Origin: Octopus sinensis
Lineage: Eukaryota
NCBI RefSeq assembly: GCF_006345805.1
Contig: NC_042999.1
Location: 121,334,001 to 121,398,000 of the forward strand
Length of the DNA: 64,000 nt
Direction of reading: 5' to 3'
Part shown: positions 55,749 through 64,000 of the stretch, in pieces
Layout of the letters: every line of letters starts with the position of its first letter
How positions within the stretch are numbered: the stretch's first letter is position 1
Notes under the pieces: model-generated
What the model was told of the DNA's origin: nothing
Database searches by the model: none
Seen by the model: only the letters and a program-made list of their open reading frames with translations
Translations under genes and position numbers: made by a program

Positions 55749-56236
55749 CTGTGAGGCCAAACACATGCTATTTATCGATGATACACTATTGAGAGTATCT
55801 TAATTGCTTTTTTTCTTTTATTTTTTCCAATACTCTCTTTTTGTTTAGATTTCTCACATAAATAAGAAGTACAAAGCAGTCATTGCTTTGCCAAAATGTA
55901 TATTTAAAAAAAGAATAAAATGTGTCCCATTGTCTAATCTTAAAATATAAACACAAACAGGGAAACAATGAGTGCCTCACCATGATTTTAACTACGCTAA
56001 AAAGAGCATTATCATTTAAAGTAAAAACAAAACGTTAGAAAAAAATTTAATTCTTAATTTAAATATTAGCATGCAAAAAAGAAGATTTTCAACATAACTC
56101 AAACACTTTTAACCAAAATTATTTTTAAAATAAACAAACTTCAAATAAAAGAAAATATCGAAAGATAAATTAGCTTCTTATGGAAACACTAACAGTAAAC
56201 ATCTCTTTCCTCAGAAGATAACAGACAAGTGCTTAC

Positions 56237-56572
56237 CATTCTAAGAGCTTCGGCTTCTTCTTCCTCAGGCATCTCCGGAACACCTTTTAATGTATCTTCA
56301 TTTTGATTGTTGTCAGCTTCTTCTTCAGCATGAAGAGGTAGGTCACCACCCTGTGATGCTAAATACATACTGTTGCGGGATCTATACATCATGGGCTGCT
56401 GTGTCATATCATAGCATTCTGTAGGCTGACCACTAACATCTAAAAACCCCTGGGATTTATTCCATGAATTAGCACAAATCAAAGCAAAGAAGAATGATAT
56501 CATAGTAGAAATGCCTACTGTTAGGAAAACCCATTTTAGACCAGGCACATGTCCATTCAGTGGTCTTTGATA
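56237..56572 (-). CDS. Exon B (phase 0-0): YQRPLNGHVPGLK, TM helix WVFLTVGISTMISFFFALICA, start of acidic cytoplasmic region ending ...EEEEAEALRM
   Basis: tttttcag acceptor, gtaagc donor, 336 nt open; overlaps ORF 56189..56548; 21-aa hydrophobic stretch. Confidence 0.9.
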
Positions 56573-57464
56573 CTGAAAAAAAGAGAAGAGAAGGAATATA
56601 TATATATATATATGAAACTACATAAATGAAAAAAAGAAATAGTCAAACATTTTAAAACTAACTATCTACAAAACTTTCCAGGGCCTTTCTTACTGGTAAA
56701 ATAGAAGAATAAAAGTAACTCAAAACAGAGACCTGGTTCAAGTGCTTAAAATATAGTGGACTCTTCTAAAAGCATTCAAGGACCAGATTCTGATATTAAT
56801 TCAAGTAACAGATTAAGTTTACCACCCAAGTATGCTATAGCAGGATTCAATCTCACAATGCAAATAACTGAAATAAATTCTGATACTCTAACAATTCCAC
56901 CTAGGTAGGTACTTTATAGACCACAGGAGAATAAAAAGCAAAACTGACTTTGGCAAAATTCGAAACCAGAACATAAAAAGCCACAATAAATACCACAACT
57001 GATGTGCCAACAACTCTATCAGTTCATTGCCTAGTCATTATTTACCAATATACTATAACCAACAACCTACCAATAAACACTGATCTCCCATCTCTTTTAC
57101 TGCTGCTCCTGCATTAGCAATATATATTTACTATCATCAACTAAACCCTCACTGTATTTCATTTTCCCTACTATGACTCGCATTTACTACTAAACCTTAC
57201 ATTATGCAATTCACTATGAACCCTCTAGCACTTTCTTTCTATGCATATTCACCTCCAAAACATTGAGACAAGGCCATTCTATTTTAACAGCAACCACACA
57301 TACAAAGTTGGTCGCAAAGATTCCAAAGATTAAGTATCTTGCTGTTATTGCACATTGTCAAGCATCAATTTAATGTTAATTTTCATTTTCCTCTATGAAA
57401 TTAGAAAAAGAAAATAAGATAATTTATGAAGTACTATTCTATATTTTTGAGATGAGAAATTATG

Positions 57465-58240
57465 TACATTATTCACAATGGACAGATAGATGTCCTCACC
57501 TTGTCTGTTGTTATCATGTTTCAGTTGATGAACGCTCCAGCCTTCATCAGGTGTTCTGGAGGAATTTCGAACCCAACCCTTTATTTAACTAACTGGGTAC
57601 ACTGTTCTCATTCCTAAAGTATGTTGCTAATGTCATTTTTCTGTTGATATTATTTTTCAAGTCCCTGCCTGGGATTGAACTAAGAATCTGAGGGTTAGTT
57701 TAACCCAATTCACTTTCTGCACATTGCACACAGTCACTTCTCTGCTTTTCCCACTCACCATATGGATTACCACTTGTCATCACCTTTGTCTTTCCAATAT
57801 TCTCCTATCTTTTGCTTCCATGCATTCCTTCCACTGAATCATCATCTCCTACAAACCAATCAAACTCTATAGTATTAACACTAGCTCACCTGTGTACAGC
57901 AACTACTACAATGGGTCATTCTATACACACTCTTATCCACTATATAGCATAGTGGATAAAAGCATGGGCCACTAACCCTCAGATTTCAAGTCCCAGGCAG
58001 GGACTCATATTAACCCTCAGATTTCAAGTGCCAGGCCGGGACTTGAAAAATAATATCAACAGAAAAAGAACATCAGCAATATATTTTTGGAATGAGAACA
58101 GTGTACCCCATTAGTCAAATAATGGGCTGGGTATGAAATTTCAACAGAACACCTGATGAAAGCTGGAGAGTACATCAGCCAAACCGTTGTGATAATAACA
58201 AACAAGGTGAGGACACCAATCTGTCCATTGTAAATAATTT
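57465..58240. mobile_element. Inverted pair of tRNA-headed, hammerhead-bearing SINE-like elements flanking a ~230-bp insert
   Basis: 57465-57698 is the reverse complement of ~57970-58240; both carry aacacCTGATGAa(a/g)gctgg; A-box-like tagcatagtgg at ~57945. Confidence 0.75.
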
Positions 58241-58243
58241 ATG

Positions 58244-58274
<31 letters not shown>

Positions 58275-58379
58275 CACACAATAATGAAATAAAAATATTT
58301 GGTAATGAAGTTATGCATTTAGTCTTTTTTGTTACTAATTACAACAAAAGTGTTTTAAAACCATTTTCCTCGTGAACTG

Positions 58380-60220
58380 CGAAGTTAGCTTTGTGGGCCC
58401 CAATGAGAATCTTTGGTTAGTTCTATCCTCTACAGTCCTACCATACCAATCATCTTCTCTTCATATCCTCTTCCATCAAATTTAACTGTCTTCCTCAATC
58501 TTCTCCATCTGCTTCCTTCCTTGTTCCTTTTCATCAATTCTCTTACCCAGTCATTTTCATCCTTCCTCAGGACATGACCAAAATGTTGTATCTATTCCCA
58601 TCATTATCCTAAATTTGTTGTTTGTCCTGCTCTTTCTTAGGGACACTCCAAACCATTCTCATTTCCATTCTTTCCGATCTTTTCTGTAGCTCCTCATCCA
58701 TTATCTAATGTCTCACTACCATAAATGCAAGCACATCTCACATTTGCAGTATATTCCATCACTCATTAGCATACCACCCAATTCCGGGAGCTTCTTTCCT
58801 GCACATCTCACTGTAACCACTGGCAGTGATTCCAATCCACTTCCTTTTTTCATCTTGTTTCTTATGTAACAAAATGATTTCATAATTTCCTTTCATCTCT
58901 ATTTCTTTTGCAAGACCCACTTCAGCAATTCTCTCTATATTCTCCTTACACTTAAATTTAGATAGAACTTTAATATCCCTCTCACACAACTACATTTTTG
59001 ATGAACCTACCCAATGCATATTGTACATTTAATGGAGTTTAACCCAATACACTTTCTGCACATTGCATACAGTCACTTCTCTGCTTTTCCCACTCACCAT
59101 TTGTCATCACCTTTGTCAGTGGTGATGACAAAGGTGATACCACTTGTCATCACTTTTGTCTTTCCAATATTCTCCTTTCTACCTTTTGCTTCCATGCATT
59201 CCTTCCACTGAATCATCTACAAACCAATCAAACTCTATAGTATTAACCCTAGCCCACCTCTGTACAGCAACTACTGTAATGGATCATTCTATACACCTTA
59301 AACTTCCATCTAAAATCTACAAATAGTAGTGGGCTAATATTGACCCATGAGACACTAAAACTTTCACTTCAATATCATCTCTATTCCTGTCTTTTCTTCT
59401 CACAACTGTACTCATTCTCTCATACCCCAACATCAATATTTTAATCAATCATTCTGCTATTCCTAACTTCCTCTCTTAATGTCCAAGTCATCACTTCATG
59501 AGGGAACTTATTGGAAGGTTTTTCCAAATCAAAAAAATGCACAAGAAACAACTTCCTCCTCCAGTCTTTGTACTTTTTCTAGTAAGTACCATGCCAGAAA
59601 AAAAAATTGCATTGGTCATCCTTCTCTCTGGTATAAATCCAAATAGCATTTAATTTACCTTCACTTTCTTCCTCATCTCCTTTTCTAACACCCTGTTACC
59701 TTCATCCCTTGCTTCAATAACTTTATTGCACTTTATGAGTAATAGTCAAAGGGATTACCTTTCTCCTTGTACAGAAGCACAAGAAAAAACTCATAGTCTG
59801 CTGGGAAATGGTCTTTTTCCACCACTAATGGGCTGACCTTCATTATTTTCTTTACACCCCAACTTTCTGCTGCCTTTAACATATTTCATTCAACTGTCAT
59901 TGGCTATCCTGCTTTTAATCTCATTACTTTTCCCATTTTCTTAACATCTAAGTTTTCTCTGCCGATTCTAGAAGTAGATTGCTCTCAATGTTGCCTTCCC
60001 CTTCAACATCATATATCTTTTCTGCTTTTTCTTATTTTTATCAAGAACATCAACTTGTCCCACTTCATCCTTCAAGGAATTCACTCATGACATATTCCAT
60101 TCAAGTCTCATTCTACCACAACAAATTCTGTGCCTTTCATTTTTCTGTTAGTTTCTCCATTGCACACCAAAACTTATCCTTCTTTGCAACATTCCAGTCT
60201 GGTGAATACCCTCTACATTT
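58380..60220 (-). mobile_element. RTE-clade LINE, decayed
   Basis: Minus strand gives DLEKPS (DLEKAFD-like) at ~59520 and GSILAHY (GS.LSP-like) at ~59340. Confidence 0.6.
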
Positions 60221-61057
60221 ACATAAAAGATGTTCTCATAAGAGAATAAATTTAATTAAATAGAATTTCTTGGCTTACATGAAGTATGCACCCACTTTAG
60301 TAAAATAAATAATATAACTTTCAAACAACTATAGTAAAAATATTATAATAATACTTGTAAAATTATTTTTCGAGCATGGTATAAATTTATTAAGTGCTTA
60401 TTGAATTCAGCTATTTGAATTAAATATATAACATTTCACAAATATATAAAAAGTTTTTCAAAATGAAGCAAAGTATAATGAAAAGTAGAAAAAGGTTGTT
60501 TTTTTCCTGTAACTAGATTTTTCCAATTGAATGTACTTATGAGTATGTGCGTGTATGTATGTATTTTAGAGGTTTTAATGAGGAAAATATATAATTTCAA
60601 CAAGCATCATTTTTATTGAAACATATTTTTAATTATTTTTTCCATTTATGTATTTATTGATGCATAATTTCAAATAAAACAGAATTTTGTGCTTGTAGTA
60701 AAATAATTCAAGTTGATTTGTATAATAAACTTCAGTATTTAAACTCAACAGTTTATACTATTAGTTTATTATCTGAAGCTTTAACTCTGGAAATATGAAT
60801 AAAAATAATTAAACAATGTCAAAAATTATATAGTTTGAATATAAGGTAATGAAATTTAGTAACTAATTATTTTGAAAAATGAAAAAGAAATGAAGCCAAG
60901 GATAACAAAAGTTTATTAGTCTATATATAAATGTCCTCTAACAACAATGGAACAGGAAATATGTATAGAAATCACATAAGCAAAGTAATGTGACATTAAA
61001 TTCCCATTACAGAAATCATTTTAAGTTAAAAATAAAAAAATTAGGAAAATGCCTCAC

Positions 61058-61186
61058 CAACTGAAGCAAAAGTCCCTCTTTATATTCAACAAGCTCAATA
61101 TGGACAGAATAGGCATCTTCTACTGTAGGAGCAGTGATGTTGATGAGAACTTCAAATTCATTGCCTTCCTGAAAATGCACTGCTCC
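61058..61186 (-). CDS. Internal exon A (phase 0-0): extracellular beta-rich segment GAVHFQEGNEFEVLINITAPTVEDAYSVHIELVEYKEGLLLQL of a membrane protein; upstream exons not found in window
   Basis: Pyrimidine tract tctctctttttcag acceptor, gtgagg donor, 129 nt open frame in phase with the next exon; NIT sequon. Confidence 0.85.
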
Positions 61187-61939
61187 CTGAAAAAGAGAGA
61201 GGGAGAGAGAAATTGAAAGAAACGGAATAGGAGCAAGATTTGAAAGAAGAGTTTCAAGCGGGAATAAGCATGTGTTACTATAAATGTAATATATCTACAT
61301 ACACATATCAATCAATAATCAATATATTCAAAAGATATCATAGTTTGAAACGTTGAGAAAATTTTAGTTATAAGTGTTTAAGTAAATGAAATCTTTCAGC
61401 CCAGAATGTCATTTGACAGCAATTTTACAAATTGGAATATCTCAATAAGTATATTAATAAGCAGTATACAAAGTTTCAAACTGTTTAGTTTTAAAAAATT
61501 AATTAAAAAATCTGTGAGCCAAACTGAACAGATCCGAAAATTTTACATAACATATATTGTCTGCATCATGACTAGTTTGAATAAACTTCTCAGAATGCAG
61601 ACATTTTTAAAATACATAAGCTGAGGTAAGAAAGCTAATTGTATAAAGTAGTTGCTATATTGGTTCACAAAATATAATTCAAATCTTATGTATATGCTTT
61701 ATTTTTCTAAGTACAACACTCCCTCAATACCTTACACAGTCTAAGAATCTGAAATCTATGAATTGATCATCTGGTACTGCAACTACTTACATATACATTT
61801 GTGTGTGTGTGTATGATAAACAAAAATGCCATGCCTACAACTACAAGAAATACAAACACCACAACATACTGAGTTATAACAGTTTTGCCTGAAGGCCATA
61901 ATGGTATAAAACTCCAGTCATACAACAAATCCTCTTTCT

Positions 61940-62405
61940 TGTACCTCTCTCTATCTCTCTCTTCCTCTCCCTCCCTGGCCAGGTAACCATGTACCTCCTC
62001 TATAGCAAGACACCTGTTTCAGCCTGTTTCTCTGTCACACTCTAATCTTTCATCATCTGACACAAGATTCCCTCTTCCAATGACCCTGCCCCTCTCAAAA
62101 TTCTTTGTCTTACAAGTTACTTGGTGACCCTGCTGGTGCTGGTGCCTCGTAAAAAGCATCCAGTCCTCACTGTAAAGTGGTTAGCATTTGGAAAGGCATC
62201 CAGCTGTAAAAATCATACCAAAATTGACCTTGATTGTGCTGGTACCATGTAAAAAGCACTGAACCCACTGTGGAGTGGTTGGTGTTAGGTACCCTGCCAA
62301 AGCAGATACAGTAGCTTGGAGTTGTCTTCTACCTGGCTAGCTCCTGTGAACCAGCCTACTCACACATGCAGGGAAGATGGACGTTAAACAATGATGATTG
62401 AGATG
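61940..62405 (+). mobile_element. SINE/RTE 3' tail
   Basis: ctggtgctggtgcctcgtaaaaagcatcc...aaaggcatccagctgtaaaa...gatggacgttaaacaatgatga. Confidence 0.75.
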
Positions 62406-62989
62406 ATATATACACACAAATTAAGATCAGTTTAAATTGATGAATCTATAAAGGCTTTTCCCACAAGCGCAAACTCTGAAGAAGATAGTATTTGTTAAGG
62501 TTGTATAGTTTTTTCAATCAATCAACCAACTGAATAAATGGAATTATGAATGCACCTATAATGCATATCAGAAACAGCTATAAGATGCACAAATAAAGAA
62601 ATATGAAAAGTCCATTATTTATGCTTTTTCTTGTACATTACTATGAAAAATGCCATATTAACTGGAGAATGCAAGAATGGGTTTACAAAGTTGACTTGTG
62701 ATGGACCTCGACTTCAGATCATTCCTCAGGATTACCTATGGTTCTACACCAATTAGAAAACCTTTGATAACTTGGCGTATTTGTATTAACAGCAAGCTTG
62801 AGAAGTATTTTACCCAAATTTATAATCCCTTTTTAAAAACTCTTTAAATAGTGTCCCACAATTAACAATCTATCTCAGTGAAATTGGACAATTTCTATGA
62901 CTGTTTGATGTCATAATTAAGTAATAAACATAAAATTGTCAGTTTTGTTTTCTAAATTTGCCTGATTTCATTGAAATAGTAAATTTTGG

Positions 62990-63450
62990 GACACCCTTTA
63001 ATATATGTATATTGTATTCATATCAATCCCCATTTCTAAGCATCTGCTACACTCTTTGCACACTCTTCCTAACTTACCTACCCACTCTTTCTATTCCTCT
63101 ACATCTATTCTTTCTCTCTCATAATCACCTTTGGGATGTACCCTCACTATCCCTCACCATTATGCTCCCTTCCAGCTTGGGAACCTCTGTATTTTCCTCT
63201 TCAGCAATACACCTCTTCCTGTCCCTCTATCAAACATTCACCTCCATCAATACACAATTAAGATGTCTTGTCTAGTGAAAACTTGGGGACCCCACCAGTA
63301 CACTCTGTACAATGGTTGATGTTAGGAAGAGTATCTAGCTGTACAAACTATGTCAAAACAAATGCTGGATCTGGGCACAATCCTCAGACTCATCAGCTTT
63401 TGTTGGACCATCCAAACTATGCAAGCATGGAAAAATGAATGCTGAATGAG
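62990..63450 (+). mobile_element. RTE-associated CT-rich UTR plus tail fragment
   Basis: CT-rich tract then caccagtacactctgtac...ccatccaaactatgcaagcatggaaaa, as at 46180-46990. Confidence 0.55.
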
Positions 63451-63477
63451 GATTATATATATATATATATAGTTAAT

Positions 63478-63690
63478 CCAGATATGAAAACACAAAGAGA
63501 AAACACAACAACGCGAGGACATGGAACAAGTATAGTGTCATTGGACGCTCAGGAAAGGAATGAAAGAAGGAGGATTTAAGGTTTTGAGCGGAGCGCTTCG
63601 TCAGAAACATAGAATAAGGAAAGGTCCAAGGAAGGGAAGAAGGAGAAAGAAAATTGCCAACGATACACATGTGCTCACACACAGACACAT
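63478..63690 (-). mobile_element. Penelope-like terminal repeat with a degenerate minimal hammerhead (63575-63610)
   Basis: Minus strand tttCTGACGAagcgctccgctcAAAAccTTaaa has hammerhead layout with GAAA mutated to AAAA. Confidence 0.5.
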
Positions 63691-64000
63691 GCACAAAGTA
63701 CTAGTCACATACTAAAGTTGATTATAATTACTTCAACTGATTAAATTCTCCTGACTCTTCCAACTGGACTTTGGCTAATGCTAGAAATTGTATATTTAAA
63801 AAAAAAACATAGAATACCCATTAACTATATGAACCATGATTTTTTAACAATTCTTGTAAAGATCAAATTCCAGCCTATATACTGTACATGTGTAAAAAGA
63901 AATTAATAATGGTATCTTTTGTAAACCTTTTCCAGGATTTTCTTTCACTTAATATCACACATACCTAAAGTATTTTTGACAGCCTACTGAGTACTTAACT

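Noticed and set aside
62660-62790. Plus-strand frame GECKNGFTKLTCDGPRLQIIPQD resembling an LRR N-cap
   Set aside because: Stop follows quickly; no splice signals or further LRR exons
63733-63780. Possible upstream minus-strand mini-exon (ALAKVQLEESGEFNQL)
   Set aside because: Ends in phase 2, incompatible with phase-0 exon A
1-64000. CRISPR arrays, rRNA, intact tRNA genes, prokaryotic operons
   Set aside because: None seen; tRNA-like motifs are decayed SINE heads and the DNA is intron-rich eukaryotic sequence

Overview
AT-rich eukaryotic genomic DNA full of (TA)n/(CA)n microsatellites, tRNA-derived SINEs and decayed LINE/DNA-transposon relics. The repeat repertoire looks like a cephalopod (Octopus-type) genome, which is inference from recalled repeat motifs. 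Nearly all ORF-track calls are spurious or transposon-derived. The real coding content is one minus-strand, multi-exon locus spanning 61186 to 6322 and incomplete at both window edges, with 10 core GT-AG exons whose phases chain perfectly. It reads: extracellular beta-rich segment, TM helix, ~400-aa low-complexity cytoplasmic region (ITIM-like SEYATL, PPKY), then a second hydrophobic/signal-like segment, EGF, calcium-binding EGF and three 25-aa TNFR-like Cys repeats. The two halves can be spliced in frame (CA|T) into an unusual two-pass protein, or they may be two adjacent genes. Other highlights: a tandemly duplicated tail exon segment under apparent purifying selection that gains a YQN motif; an intact type I hammerhead ribozyme on the sense strand of an intron, plus several decayed hammerheads, one family inside a tRNA-headed SINE; several long foldback hairpins; and a 24-kb intron holding same-strand decayed exon-like relics. 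No gene symbol could be assigned.
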